From the human T2T-CHM13v2.0 reference genome, Homo sapiens: 64,000 nt of DNA. The translations under genes were made by a program, and so were the position numbers. The notes under the pieces are model-generated. The model was given only the letters and a program-made list of their open reading frames with translations. It ran no database searches and had not been told where the DNA came from. Every line of letters starts with the position of its first letter. Position 1 is the stretch's first letter. The DNA lies in assembly GCF_009914755.1 (NCBI RefSeq), contig NC_060940.1; one strand, given 5' to 3'. Shown here one piece after another: positions 1 to 22,113 of this stretch.

Positions 1-39
1 CTGCCTTGGCCTCCCGAAGTGCTGGGATTACAGGCGTGA

Positions 40-822
<783 letters not shown>

Positions 823-910
823 CAAATGTTGATTTTATTATAAAAAAGAAAAGTGCAGTAAAAAAGACTGAAAATTCTTGAAAATGTCAATATTGGTCTT
901 TTCTGGATGA

Positions 911-1745
<835 letters not shown>

Positions 1746-1834
1746 TCCAACATCGCCTAGAGGCTTTGTGTGTTCCTCTCCCAGTGCTGAGTGCCCCAGG
1801 CCGAGTGCCAGGCACCTGTGCCCTCTCTCCGTAG

Positions 1835-2016
1835 AGCCCGTGTTCTGGTACTACGTGAAGGAGGTCCTCAACAAGCACGAGCTGCAAGCGCTTCTACTCC
1901 CTGCGCCACATCGCCTCAGACGTGGGCCGGGGCCGCACCTGGCTGCGCTGTGCCCTCAACGAACACTCCCTGGAGCGCTACCTGCACATGCTCCTGGCCG
2001 ACCGCTGCAGGCTCAG
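1835..2016 (+). pseudogene. SNX29P2: SNX29-like RUN-domain exon with +1 frameshift
   Basis: ccgtag|AG CCC GTG TTC TGG ... GCTCAG|gtacgt, 182 nt. An extra A at 1886-1887 (CTGCAAGCGC) separates VLNKHELQ from RFYSLRHIASDVGRGRTWLRCALNEHSLERYLHMLLADRCRL. Confidence 0.9.
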
Positions 2017-2613
2017 GTACGTGGCCGGGATGGGACCTGGAATGGGATGGAGCAAGGGGTGAAGATCTTGGAGTCTGTAGTCAGACCACCTGGATTTTCA
2101 TCCTAGTTCCCCGATCTGGGGCAAGTGGGCCTCCCTCTGACAGCTCCGGAGTGTTCTGCTGAGCTGTGGAGAAACTTGGGGGAGAATCATTGAGAGACTG
2201 CCTGTAATGGGCTCGGCATGGCACTTGCATACAGCCAGCTTGGATGTGGAGAGAGCTGTTGTCCTAGGACATAGCTTCCTCTTCACTTTCTGGATTTTTT
2301 TTTTTTTTTTTTTTTTTTAAGACAGAGTCTTGCTTTGTTTCCCAAGTTGGAGTGCAGTGGCATGAACACGGGTCATTGTAGCCTGGACCACCCTGGCTCA
2401 AGCAATCCTCCCACCTCAGCCTCCTGACCAGCTAGGACCCTAAGTGTATGCCACCCTGCCTGGCTAATTTAAAAAATTGTTTTGTAGCGATGGGGTCTCA
2501 GTGTGTTGCCCAGGCTGGTCTCGAACTCCTAGGTTCAAGTAATCTTCCCGCCTCAGCCTCCCAAAGTGCTGGGATTACAGGTATGAGCTACCATGCCAGG
2601 TGCAGAATTTTAA

Positions 2614-2814
<201 letters not shown>

Positions 2815-3493
2815 TGAGTAGCTGGGATTACAGGCGTGTACCACCATACCCAGCTGATTTTTTGTATTTTTAGTGCATACGGGGTTTAATCATGTTGGCC
2901 AGGCTGGTCTCAAACTCCAGACCTCAGGTGATCCACCCGCCTAGGCCTCCCAAAGTGCTGGGGTTACAGGCGTGAGCTACTGTGCCTGGCCGTGGCCATT
3001 ACTTTTGCTCTGAGAATGGTGGACTAGACAAGTTGTTTTGTGTCCTTGAGTGATACGGAGTGACCCTGATGAATCCTGTTCTGGTTCCTTAAGTAACTTC
3101 CTGATCAGCACCGCCCAGATCTTCAACAGTGAAATTTCACTGAATTCAATAAGTGGGCAGCTTGTGAGTAGTGTGGCGTGTTCCCTTGATTTTATATCTT
3201 GCCCTGTGTTCCCTAGTTTAGGTCTCCTCTTCTGCTTTATCTACTGCTGTGGTCACCTCTCTACTGGTAATGTCTCAGATCTTCTGGGATTGTGCACTGG
3301 GGCTCTTAAAAATACCCTTAAAGTTCTCTGTTGCCTGTGGCTCCTTGTTCAATTGTATGGCAAGACTCTATGTGTCCAAAATGGGAGGGCTTGGGAGCCA
3401 GGAGGACTGACACTGACGACACCTGTGTACTGCTCACGGTCGGAGTTCGGAGGCTGAGAATGTCTGGACCTCTAGGGCATTAACCAGCTTTAG

Positions 3494-3694
<201 letters not shown>

Positions 3695-4539
3695 TAGTAG
3701 AGACGGGTTTCACCGTGTTAGCCAGGATGGTCTCGATCTCCTGACCTCGTGATCCTCCCACCTCGGCCTCCCAAAGTGCTGGGATTACAGGTGTGAGCTA
3801 CTGTGTCTGACCTACTCCTTTTTTTTGAAGTGAATTTCTGTGAAGCTCCTTCCAGCATATCATTTACGGGTAGTTCAGAGTTACATACTCAGTCTCAAAG
3901 TTGAAGTGACCAACAAGGAGAAGTCAGTCCAGCAGGTAAGAATCACAGTTGACTTTACCTGGATCACCAGCCACTTCCCCAGCTGGATGTTGGGAAAACA
4001 CATTCATTTAGATGCGTGAAAACGGGCTCAGATTTTTAAAGGATTATGATTTTAGGAATCAGGTGCAGTCAGAATGTCAGCTTGAGCATGTGGTTTGTAC
4101 GTCTACTAACATTTTCTGGGAAAGTATATTGGAAATGCTCCTCTTCTTTCTTTCTGTTAGTTGTATTCAGTCACTTCAGTGGCTAATTTTTCCAGTCTCT
4201 CACTCAACTACAGGTCATGTATCCCTGACTTTGCTTTAGTGAAATTGACTTTTTCCTTGATTAATTTAGAATTCAATGACCTGGCGGGGAAGTTATGGCA
4301 TTGGGGATTTTTGGTTTCCATTGCTTAACATGAAGTCAGAGAGAGCTTGGAAGCTGGACTCGGGAGACCTGCTTTTAAGCCCTGGCTGGACCATTTATTG
4401 GCTAGATGACCTTGGACAGGCCCTGTGGGCTTCCTTGACACCCCTACCCCAACTGCCATCTAGATTTGTGGGGCATTTTTAGCCTCCTAGCCTTTTCCAA
4501 GGATAATGTGGGCTTTCAGGCCTGTAACCTAGGCAGGCA

Positions 4540-4542
4540 TTA

Positions 4543-4573
<31 letters not shown>
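4540..4573. repeat. (TAT)n microsatellite (Alu tail)
   Basis: Directly visible. Confidence 0.95.
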
Positions 4574-4716
4574 TTGAGGTGGAGTCTCGCTCTTTCGCCC
4601 AAGCTGGAGTACAGTGGCGCAATCTCTGCTTACCAAGCCTCTGGGTTCAAGCGACTCTCCTGCCTCAGCCTCCCGAGTAGCTGGGATTACAAGCACCTGC
4701 CACCATGCCCAGCTAA

Positions 4717-4866
<150 letters not shown>

Positions 4867-5308
4867 TAAATGCCCTGGTTGATGAAGCCATAGAGGCTCT
4901 GTAATTTCTGTCTGAAATGGTCTCTTCTTGTATTAGGCAAATCAGGCGAGCCCTGTTGGCAGGCTTGGATTTCCTGTCTGTCTCTTGGGGACATTGCTTG
5001 AGTGGAAGTCACCCACCTGACTGCTCCGTTCTACTTTGCTGCTTTATAAATACATTTACATATCATGTCTATTTTAGTACTCTAAAGCTGAGGGTCGGGG
5101 GGGACCAGCGAGGAAGTTGTAGGATGTATGTGTTCAATCTTCTGTTTGTAACCAGAAGCTTTAAACCAGCAGAGACCTCAGACAAATCATATCCCTCCTG
5201 GGGTGACCAGGTGCAGATCTTCCAGGGAGCCGTCTAATGGAATTTCCTGGTTAATGGACACAGAGAACCACTGCTAAGAACGATTTCCTTTTCTCTTTCA
5301 ATCTGCAG

Positions 5309-5379
5309 TACTTTTTATGAAGACTGGTCTTTTGTGATGGATGAAGAGAGGTCCAGTATGCTTCCTACCATGGCAGCAG
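5309..5379 (+). pseudogene. SNX29P2: SNX29-like exon (71 nt); holds ATG 5337 of the residual ORF
   Basis: ctgcag|T ACT TTT TAT GAA GAC TGG ... GCA GCA G|gtaagc; TFYEDWSFVMDEERSSMLPTMAA; phases match both neighbouring exons. Confidence 0.9.
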
Positions 5380-5604
5380 GTAAGCCTGGCCCAGACCAGG
5401 GCGCCAGGCCTTGTGACACATGGCAGAGGGGCTGCCTTGGGGCAGTTCCACAGCGCCATGGAATGTTGTGATTCTTCTGTCCCTCAACAACTCAATGAGT
5501 CACTTGCTGCTGTCCTTCTTTTACTAGCACTGAATGTTGGTTTTTAAATTTTTATTTCTTTAAAGAGAGAGCCTCACTCTGTCACCCAGGCTGGAGTGCA
5601 GTGA

Positions 5605-5871
<267 letters not shown>

Positions 5872-6510
5872 TGAGACCCTGGCAGAGAAAGCGAAGATTT
5901 GAAGGTTTTTAGTTGGGCTTTGGAGATATAATATGCATTGCGGGGAATTGGAGGTGGGAGACCTATCTTTGAATCCTGGCTTTACTCCTTGCTACCTGGT
6001 GACCTGGGGCAGATGCCGTAAGCTTTGCTGCCTTTTCTTTCCTCTCTGTGAGGTGGGAATCATGCTGTCTCAGCAGTCATCTTCATGGGGCTGTGAGAGA
6101 ATCATGTGAGATCAGGAGTCGCACACACGACGAATCAACATGGAGAGACCCTGGGTTGATGTTAGTCGGTGGACTGTTACATTGTTCACCCTTTGACTCA
6201 AAGGGTGAAAGGTGGAATCAGCTGGACTGAAGTGGGCAACTTGCTTCCTCTTTCCAAGTTCTTTGTTGCCTCCTTTTTGTTTTTCCTTGAAAATTTATAC
6301 TAAACTCATATATCTGGGCTTATGTTAGTCCTGTCCATTGATGAGAAAAAGAATTTGACCATGATTTCCTTTGTAGATCATAAGATGCCCAGTGTAAGTT
6401 TCTGTCCACATTAATGATGATGATGTTACCAGTGCACATTTGATGGTTTATGGAGCTGAGTGTTTTGTGAGAGATTGCCTTTAATACTTACAATCCTGTG
6501 AGGAAGATAA

Positions 6511-6891
<381 letters not shown>

Positions 6892-7293
6892 TAGTAGGTG
6901 GCAGTGCTGGGATTTACCCCCAGGCAGCCTGATCCCGGGACTTGTGCCTTTACCTCCTCCCAGTTGAATTCTTATTCATATTCATCTTCCTGGCTGTTAG
7001 GGAGAGAATGTGGCATGACTCAACTCCCATGATAACGGATGTCTGCTGACCCCAGTTTCATGGGAGGTTGTTTTTTTTTTTTTTTTGGAAGCCAAGTCTT
7101 GCTCTGTCACCCAGGCTGGAGTGCAGTGGCACGATCTCGGCTCCCTGCAACCTCTGTGTGGCAGGTATTTTTATACCTATTTAAGATCAACGTGTCTCCT
7201 CTTCTGTAATCTGTTGTCTGCAGCTGTCTTCTCTTATTGGTGGTATGACTGCCCATCAGCAAGCACTCCAGACTTTTCCCTTTTTTTGGACAG

Positions 7294-7539
7294 GTCCGAA
7301 CTCCATACTCTTTGCGATTAACATTGACAACAAGGATTTGAACGGGCAGAGTAAGTTTGCTCCCACCGTTTCAGACCTCTTAAAGGAGTCAACGCAGAAT
7401 GTGACCTTGCTGAAGGAGTCCACGCAAGGAGTGAGCAGCGTGTTCAGGGAGATCACAGCCTCCTCTGCCATCTCCATCCTCATCAAACCTGAACAGGAGA
7501 CCGACCCCTTGCCCGTCGTGTCCAGGAATGTCAGTGCTG
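7294..7539 (+). pseudogene. SNX29P2: SNX29-like exon (246 nt)
   Basis: ggacag|GT CCG AAC ... AGT GCT G|gtgagt; open frame inside ORF 7245..7592. Confidence 0.9.
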
Positions 7540-8096
7540 GTGAGTGGGAACTGGTGCTCGAGGCGGAGCAGAGGGAATCAGAATGTGGCTGATGGGGTGG
7601 ACATACCTCATCATCTGAAAGTCATTCCAAGGGGAATGGAGTCCAGTGCACTTGCGTTTTCCATTTGTGTTTCTGTTTCTCATCCTCATTCACTCTGAAA
7701 GGGCTCTGATGGCCTTACCTAGATGTGAGAATTGCTGGGTGGAAAAATGAACAGCTCAACCAGAGCGAATGGAAAGTGAGGGTGTGAGAGACACCGGGAG
7801 CCAGATGACGTTGATCCTCATTCATTCATTCCTTTATTTGTTCCTTCATCGTATTCTGTGTGTTAGGCGGTGAGCCGAATAGGAAAGACAGATTGCCAGC
7901 AGGTAGCCTGCAGTCTCCTTTGGGATGGGTGTGGGTGGGTAGTTCATGACAAAATATATAATTTAGGATCCTTAGGATAAGAGGGATGAAAGCCAAGCAT
8001 AGACTGCTATGGGGAACATCTGCCATTGGGCTTGCCTCTGATTGGGGATGGCATTTAAGGCCTCAGGAAAGAGAGGAGTTGTCAGGTTTGACTCTA

Positions 8097-8249
<153 letters not shown>

Positions 8250-8253
8250 TTAA

Positions 8254-8514
<261 letters not shown>

Positions 8515-8621
8515 TAAAGTGCTAGGATTACAGGCGTGAGCCACTGTGTCCAGCCTGTTTTTAAAAAATTTTAATTAAAAAATTAAATATAAAAAAAGAA
8601 AGTTGATTCAGTTAAGATTAA

Positions 8622-8867
<246 letters not shown>

Positions 8868-9532
8868 TAGTATTCTCAAATCTCTTAAACAAGGCAGTAA
8901 CTGTGGCCATCCCTTTGGAATTATTGATGGTGACCCTGCATGAACCTTGTAGGAGATAGGGCTGTTGACAGCTTTGTGTAACAGACACTGAAATTTCTAC
9001 ACCCACAGGAGTAGCAGTCCCACCCATTTTTGGAACTGCTTTTGAGGTGATCTCAGAGTTGTGCTATACCAGTGAGGCCTCACCACATCACACATTGGTT
9101 TAGACAGATTGGGTTTTTGGAATTGGCTCAAAGTGTCTTACATCCAAGTGTGATGATTAAAATAGGGGCACAAAGTGTCTTCTGTGAGAGCTGGTCACTA
9201 AGGCAAGCTTGATTTCTTTTTCAGTTAGCATTTGCTATATAACAAGTGATTTAAAAATGTAGTGGCTTAAAACCACCGCAGTTCGTTACTTTTTTGTGTA
9301 GGTTGGCATGGTGGCTCTGCTGCTGGGCTCCTTCGGCTCACTCATGGGAGCTCGTGGTTAGATTGGAAGATCTAAGATGGCCCCATCCACATGTCTGGAA
9401 TCAGTGCTGGGGCTGCTCAGATTCTACTCATGGACTCTCATCCTCCAGTCGGCTGAACTGGCTTCTTTATGTATGGGGTCAGGGCCACTGTCCAGGAGAG
9501 CAAAGGCAAAGCTGAGACCTTTTAACGCCTAG

Positions 9533-9945
<413 letters not shown>

Positions 9946-10727
9946 TAGGAGGCTGAGGTGGGAGTATTGCTTGAGGCCAGGAGTTTTGAGACTAGCTTGG
10001 GAAGCACAGCAAGACCTCATCTCTACAAATAATAATAAAATTAGCTGGGTGTTGTGGCATGCACCTGTAGTCCCAGCTACTCGGGAGGCTGAGGGCAGAG
10101 GATTGTTTGATCCCAGGAATTTGAGGTTACAGTGAGCTATGATTGCACCAATATACTCCAGCCTGGGCAATAGAGCGAGATGCCCCAACTCTTAAAAAAA
10201 AAAAAAAAAAAAAAAGGCAGAGCACTACGCCAGCCAGATTCAAGAGGGTGCAGAAATAGACATCACCTCTGGCTGGGAGGAGCCACAAAGACCCATTGCA
10301 AAGGGGCATTGCACAGGAATGGCAGGAATTTGAGGCTGCTCAACACTTGACTACACCCCCCAGCTGGTTCTCCTGGTCTCATCTACCAGCTATGAGAATA
10401 TTTTCCAAAGTGAAGCATTGAAGATCATTTTGGTAATGGTAGCATCCTTCACATCAAAGTGACTGCTTGGAAGGAACAGTTTCAAGGTGTGCTCTGTGGT
10501 GTGTTTATTTAAATCAGTGGGAGAGGCCTGCATCCATTCTGCTCAATCTTCTGTACACAGATTTTCACTGAGGATTTTAAAAAGTCTGAATTCATGTTAC
10601 AGTGTATTTCTCACTAGAATAGTATTTTCCACAACCTGGAAGTGAGTTGGTTTCATCATCCTTTTGTCTTGCCTACTTTTTCTTATACTGTATCTTTTCT
10701 TTTTTTTCTTTTTTTTTTTTTTGCCAG

Positions 10728-11569
<842 letters not shown>

Positions 11570-11847
11570 TAGGAGTGTTATTTGGAAGGAGTGTTATTTG
11601 CTCTTCCCTTGAGAACTGAAAGAGGGGAAGAGAGTACATTTGAGGGCACTTAATACAAAGTTAATGTCAGAATGTGTGCCTTGAAATTCTTGCTTTATAC
11701 ATACATCTGTAATTTTCATTTCACAGGGTTCACAGGGTTTCACAGTCTGATGAGACTGTGCCTGTTATTGTTTTTTATTTTTACTCTGGATTTTCCTTGC
11801 ATCTGACTTGCCACTAGCACAGGAAGCTCAGGACGAAGGCAGCGTTA

Positions 11848-12075
<228 letters not shown>

Positions 12076-12747
12076 TTAGCCAGGCATGGTGGTGCATGCC
12101 TGTAACTCCAGATACTTGGGATGCTGAGGCAGGAGAATCGCTTGAATATGGGAGGCAGAGCCAAGATGACACCATTGCACTCCAGCCTGGGCAACAAGAG
12201 AGAAGGTCCTTCTCAAAAAAAAAAAAAAAAAAATTCCCAAAATACCCCAAATAAGCTAGTTACCTCTTAGGCTTTGTGGTGCACAGTGCCCTCCTAATCA
12301 TGACTACTGCAAAATCCAGTCCATTAAAGTGTAAAATGAGGCCAGGTGCAGTGGTTCATGCCTGTAATCCCAGCACTTTGGGAGGCTGAGTTGGGAGGAT
12401 TGCTTAAGGCCAGGAGTTTGATACCAGCCTGGGCAACATAGCAAGAACTCCGTCTCTACAAAAAAATAAAAAGTGTAAAATGAATATACAGAAATGTATC
12501 TCTCTATTTGACCTAAATCTTATGGATCGCACCATTGCACTCCAGCCTGGGCAACAAGAGTGAAACTCCGTCTCAAAAATAAAAAATAAAAAAAACATTA
12601 AACTTCAAGTCCGGGTGCAGTGGCTCACACCCGTAATCCCAGCACTTCAGGAAGCTGAGGGGGGTAGATCACTTGAGGTCAGGAGTTTGAGACCAGCCTG
12701 GCCAACATGGTGAAACCCCATCTCTACTAAAACTACAAAATTAGTCA

Positions 12748-12927
<180 letters not shown>

Positions 12928-13241
12928 TTAAACTTCAGAAGGAAAGAGAGTTGTAGCCTTGATTCCTTTTTTCCCAAGACACTCCTTGAGGCCTATGCAA
13001 ATTTTCCCAACTCCTCAGCAGTCACAGCTAAGTGGGCCAAAGCAAGGGCTAGTGGAAGGAGTGATCGCAGACCCCATGACACCCTTCACACAGAGCCATA
13101 GATGACTACTCAACTTACGGTCACGTCACCATGGGAGAGTCACCAAACAGCATCTCTCTCTGAAATGTCAACATCTATACACCCATCTAGTGTCTGGTTT
13201 AGGGTGGAAATGTGGGTGTAAGAAAAGTAATTTAGAGGTAA

Positions 13242-13764
<523 letters not shown>

Positions 13765-13767
13765 TGA

Positions 13768-14007
<240 letters not shown>

Positions 14008-14127
14008 TAGTAGAGACGGGTTTCTCCATGTTTGTCAGGCTGGTCTCAAACTCCTGACCTCAGGTGATCTGCCCGCCTCAGCCTCCCAAAGTGCTTGGAT
14101 TACAGGGGTGAGCCACTGTGCCTGGCC

Positions 14128-14301
14128 TACAAACTGGTCTATCAGCAAGGTCTTTATGACCTGTATCTTGTGCCAACCTCCTGTCTCATCCTGTGACTTA
14201 GAATGCCTTAACCTCCTGGGAATGCAGCCAAGCAGGTCTTAGCCTTATTTTACCCAGCCCCTATTCAAGATAGAGTCGCTCAGGTTCAAATGCCTCTGAC
14301 A
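14128..14301 (-). mobile_element. Truncated MER41-family LTR (5' part only)
   Basis: Reverse complement of the 5' end of the MER41 at 58871 (ATCCTGTGACTTAGAATGCCTTAACC ... GCCTCTGACA). Confidence 0.8.
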
Positions 14302-15514
14302 CTCCTGCCTCAGCCTTTGAGACAGCTGGGACTATAGGCACACACCACCAGGCCTGGCTAATGTCTTCATTTCTATTTTGTAGGGACAGGGTCTTGCTAT
14401 GTTGCCCAGACTAGTCTCAAACTCCTGGCCTCAAGCCATCCTCCCACTACAGCCTTGTAGAGTGCTGGGATTACAGGCATGAGCCACCACGCCAGGCCTT
14501 GGTTTTTCTTAGTATGTGGGCTAAAGTCATTCAATGTTGATGGTAAAGGAAAATGGGGCCGGGCACCGTGGCTCACACCTATAATCCTAGCACTTTGGGA
14601 GGCCCAGGGGGGCGGATCACCTGAGGTCAGGAATTCAAGACCAGCCTGGCCAACATGTCAAAACCCCATCTCTGCTAAAAATACAAAAATTAGCTGAACA
14701 CGTTGGCTCATTCCTGTCATCCCAGCACTTTGGGAGGCCGAGCTGGGTGGATCACTTGAGGTCAGGGGTTTGAGACCAGCCTGGCTAACATGTACTAAAA
14801 CTACAAACATTAGCCGGGCACAATGGTGGCTGCCTGTAATCCCAGCTACTCAGGAGGCTGAGACAGGAAAATCACTTGAACCCGGGAGGCGGAGGTTGTA
14901 GTGAGCCAAGATCGCACCACTGCACTCCAGCCTGGGCGACAATATAATAATAATAATTATTTTTTTTTGACAGAGACAAAAAATAATAATGATACTTTTT
15001 TTAAAAAAAGGAAAATGGGAGGTGATTGTAGAAGGTAGAGGATTTGGAGTGATAGTTCATTACAATTGTAATAAGGACCACAAGATGCTAAGAGTAATGA
15101 GATGTAGCGGACGTCTGCTATTTTTGCCTGTTCAGCATCCACTCGTTCTGCTTTGTGTGATAGCACCCCAAGCTTCCTTTGAACCAGTCCTTCCTTCAGC
15201 GGAGGCCGACCCCACCCCTTCGCTCTGTGGGGTGGCCACATGACCCAGGTCTAGCCAATCAGCACATTCCATCCCGGAGCAGCAGCTGTGTGCCCCTAGC
15301 CCAAGCTAGGCTGCTCCTGGCTTTGTGTACCTATTAGGGGAAAATGTGTTCTCTTTTCACTGCAGTTGCTAAGCATGTGGGATGTAAGCCTGGACTTGCT
15401 GGTGGCTGCCTTTGCCACCGCTTAGGGAGATTCTGGCCAGGCATGAAGCCGGCACAGAGTAAATGAAGCAGGGCCAGGAGATGAGGAGAGATGGATTCTG
15501 ATTGCATTATATGA

Positions 15515-15946
<432 letters not shown>

Positions 15947-16210
15947 TGATTGGTTCCCAGTGAAACCTCATCTGTAAGACCTCTGAGCCACCAGTATCCA
16001 CGGGGCTTGTCCTATAACAGCTCCTGTGCAATCCAGTAACCTTGAACACTGGAAGCCACTGAGCCCTTCTGTGAGTAGATGCACACCTCTGAGGCTAAGA
16101 TTACTGGTGTACTCATTGGGACCAGTTTGGTCTCAGTGACTGAAAACTCAACCCAAACTTGTTCATTTGGAAAGGAAAAGTCAACCAGGCACAGTGGCTC
16201 ATGCCTGTAG

Positions 16211-16545
<335 letters not shown>

Positions 16546-16877
16546 TGATCTGCCTGCCTCGGCTTCCCAAAGTGCCGGGATTACAGGCGTGAGCCACCGG
16601 TGCCTGGCCTCTACAAAAAATATTTTAAATTAGCAGGCATGATGGTGCATGCCTGTAGTCCCAAATGGGCAAAGTTGTTCTCTGATTGGCTGAGGTCTTT
16701 GTCACCTGCTCCACCCCTGAGCTGGAGCCCCACCCAAAGTAATTGACTGAAAGGGGGTGTTCTCCAGTGGGAAATTAGGTAAGGTTTACATTATTTGGCC
16801 CTAACTCTTCACCCTTCCCCCTACCCATGCCCTTGGCCATGTAATTTTGCAGTGCCCTCCTGTCACAGGCAGGATGA

Positions 16878-17102
<225 letters not shown>

Positions 17103-18134
17103 TGAACTCCTGACTTCAGGTGATCCTCCTCGCCTGCCTTGCCTCCCAAAGTGCTGGGATTACAGGCATAAGCCACCACGCCCGGCCCTGCCTCTTGAGC
17201 TGGGGAGTTCAAGACCAGCCTGGGCAACATAATGAGATTTCAGCTCTATTAAAAATAATAATAATTAAAAAAAAAAAGAATGGCCCTACCTTTCACTGGC
17301 AGGGAAGGGTGGAGGGCCCTCCTGTCATCTCCAAATCATAGTACTGTCCCCACCAGCCATAGCTGATCATTTTAGGAGTGGTTCCAAGGAGTCCCAAGCT
17401 GGGCCCATTACAGCCTCTCCTGGAGGGTTACAATTGGATGAGAAGCCAATCGATATCCTCTATAATTAAAAATATAAGAACTTAGGAGTCATGGGGCAGC
17501 TGTGTTTAGTTGAAAGCCTAGAGAAGCAGAGAGAGTCCATGTGTTTGTTACTTACGGTAATGCTGGCTGCTGGAACAGATAAGCCCCGAAATCTCTGTGG
17601 CTTAACATCACAGAAGTTTATTACCTGCTCAGATAACAGTCTAAGGCAGATGTGCCACATGGCGATTCAGGGACTGCTACCTTGTGGTTCTGCTGTCTCT
17701 CGGGGCCTCGGCTGGTAGATAGCAAACAATGCAGACAGGAGAAGACAGATCCATGATCTTAACCATCTCAGCCCCAGACAGGGGACCGCGTCATTTCCAC
17801 CCACCTTCCATCAGCAAGAACCAGTCACATGAGCACATCTAACAGCAATGAAGGCTGGGAAATACATGCCCAGGAAGGGAGGAATCAGTTTCTTTGCAGA
17901 GGAGAGAGGGAACAGAAGAGAGGGAAAGGGGGAAAATAGAGAGACGGAGGGAGAGAAAGAGAGAAGAACTAATGAGCACAGAACTAAGAAAGCCCAGGCA
18001 CAGTGGCTCACATCAGTAATTCTAGGGCCTTGGGAGGCAAGACAAGAGAATCACTTGAGGCCATGAGTTCAAGGGCAGCCTAGGCAACATAGTGGGACCC
18101 TATCTCCACAAAAATAATAATATTATTATTATTA

Positions 18135-18610
<476 letters not shown>

Positions 18611-18883
18611 GCCAGTTCCAGACTAGGAGACTCCAAAGAGACACTGGAGCCAACCACAATGTGCAAACCTGATTGGGTCCTGATTTGGAAATTAAACATC
18701 TTTAAAATGCATTCAGGGAATAATTGGGTTCATTTGAACGTGGACTCAATATTAGAAAATTTCTATTGATTTTCTTGGGTAGGGTGGTGACATGTGGCTG
18801 GCTATAAGGGAAGATGTCTTTATTTTTAGGAGATTCACATTGAAGTCATTATAGGGGTCAAGTGACATGATATCTACAGCTAA

Positions 18884-19079
<196 letters not shown>

Positions 19080-21414
19080 TAAATGTTGGCCAGGCGCAGT
19101 GGCTCACGCCTGAAATCCAAGCACTTTGGGAGGCCGAGGCAGGCGGATCACTTGAGGTCAGGAGTTCAAGACCAGCCTCGCCAACATGATGAAACCTCGT
19201 CTCTACAAAAAATACAAAAAATTAGCTGGGCATGGTGGCAGGTGCCTATAATTCCAGCTACTCAAGAGGCTGAGGCAGGAGGATCACTTGAACCCAGGAG
19301 GCGGAGGTTGCAGTGGGCCAAGATCATGCCACTGCACTCCAGCCTGAGCATTAGAGCGAGACTCCATCTCAAATAAATAAATTAATTAACATTTCAGCAA
19401 AATACACACATGCACACAGACAAAGAAAATATGACAAAATGGTAATTATTGAATTTCAGGATAGGTGTATGAGTGACAATTATACCACTTTTTCAACTCT
19501 TCTATGTTTAGATGCTTTAAATATTTAAAGCTAGGGGCTGGGTGCAGTAGCTCATGCTTGTAATCATCATATTTTGAGGGGCTGAGGTGGGAGCATAGCT
19601 TGAGCCCAGCAGTTCGAGGCTGCAGTGAGCTATGATCACACCACTGCCCTCCGGGCTGGGCAGCAGAGCAAGACCCTGTCTCAAAAAAATATAAAATAAA
19701 ATGAAATAAATCTGGGGAGCACGTGGGGGAGGGACTAGTGCATCACAGCCTAATTGAACGAGCAGGAGACTGCCATGGGATGAGGCCAGGCCCAACTGTG
19801 TCAGTCCCTCTGGGTCATTCTAAGGACTTCGGATTCTATCCTGAATGCATGAGGAAACCCTTGAAGGCCTTAAGCAGAGAGTGACATGGTCTGATTTTCT
19901 TTTAAGCTGTAGCTTTGTTTTTGAGATGGGGTCTTGCTAAATTGCCCAGGCTAGTCTCGAACTCCTGGGCTCAAGTGATTCTCCTGCCCCAGCCTCCCAA
20001 GTAGCTGAGATTACAGATAAGTGCCACCACGCCCAGCTAATTTTTGTATTTTTAGTAGAGACGGGGTTTCACCATGTTGGCCAGACTGGTCTCAAACTCC
20101 TGACCTCAAGTGATTCGCTTGCCTCAGCTTCCCAAAGTGCTGGGATGACAGGTGAGAGCCACTGTGCCCAGCCAATTGTACATTTTTAAATAACTCAAAG
20201 AGTGTAATTGAATTGTTTGTAACACAAAGGATAAATGCTTGATGTAATGGATCCCCATTTACCCTGATGTGATTATTATGCATTGCATGCCTGTATTAAA
20301 ACATCTCATGCACCCCATACATATATATGCCTACTATCTACCCACAAAAATTAAAAAATGAAAACATTATCCTTTTGATGCTTGGCCACATGGAGGACAC
20401 AGCAAACGGTTCATGGCCAAGCACAAGAGAGCCACTAATGTCTGCACCAGGAAGGGATAATTATCCAATTATAACCCAGAGGCAGCCTCTGGTGTCAATA
20501 GCTGATTGTTCTGAACAAGTCCAGATTCTATGCTTCCCCAAAGCTGTGTGAAATTTAAAAATTCATAATCATTGGCAAATGATAATCGTAATACACATGC
20601 CAAGGCACTACCCAGACCAAGGAAATCCAATTCCCTTGGCACCAGGATCAAATCCAAGATCCCCAGGGGATTCTTTCTTTCTTTATTTTGAGACGGATTC
20701 TGCTCTGTCACCCAGGCTAGAGTGCAGTGACGCAATCTCAGCTCACTGCAACCTCCACTTCCGGGTTCAAGCACTTCTCCTGCCTCAGCCTCCTGAGTAG
20801 CTGGGATTACAGGCACCCGCCACCACGCCTGGCTAATTCTGTATTTCTAGTAGAGACGGAGTTTTAGCACGTTGGCTAGGCTAGTCTCGAACTCCTGGTC
20901 TCAGGTGATCTGCCCACCTAAGCCTCCCGAAGTGCTGGGATCACAGGCGTGAGCCACCACACCTGGCCTCAGGGGATTCTTGATTGCAGCCAGGCAGAGC
21001 CTGCAGTCCCAGGGTGGGGAGTTCCAGCAGACCTATGAAGGACTGGCTCCAGGGTCCCTGAGCACAAGGTTGCAAGGCCATGTTGTCACACTCTGGACCT
21101 CTTGTTTGTTTGTTTGTTTTTTGAGACGGAGTCTCGCTCTTTCGCCCAGGACGGACTGCAGTGGCACGATCTCGGCTCACTGCAAGCTCCGCCTCCTGGG
21201 TTCATGCCATTCTCATGCCTCAGCCTCCTGAGTAGCTGGGACTACAGGCGCCCGCCACCGCGCCCAGCTAAATTTTTTGTATTTTTAGTAGAGACGGGGT
21301 TTCACCATGTTAGCCAGGATGGTCTCGATCTCCTGACCTCGTGATCCACTTGTCTAAGCCTCCCGAAGTGCTGGGATTACAGACGTGAGCCACTGCGCCC
21401 AGCCAACAGATAGG

Positions 21415-22113
<699 letters not shown>
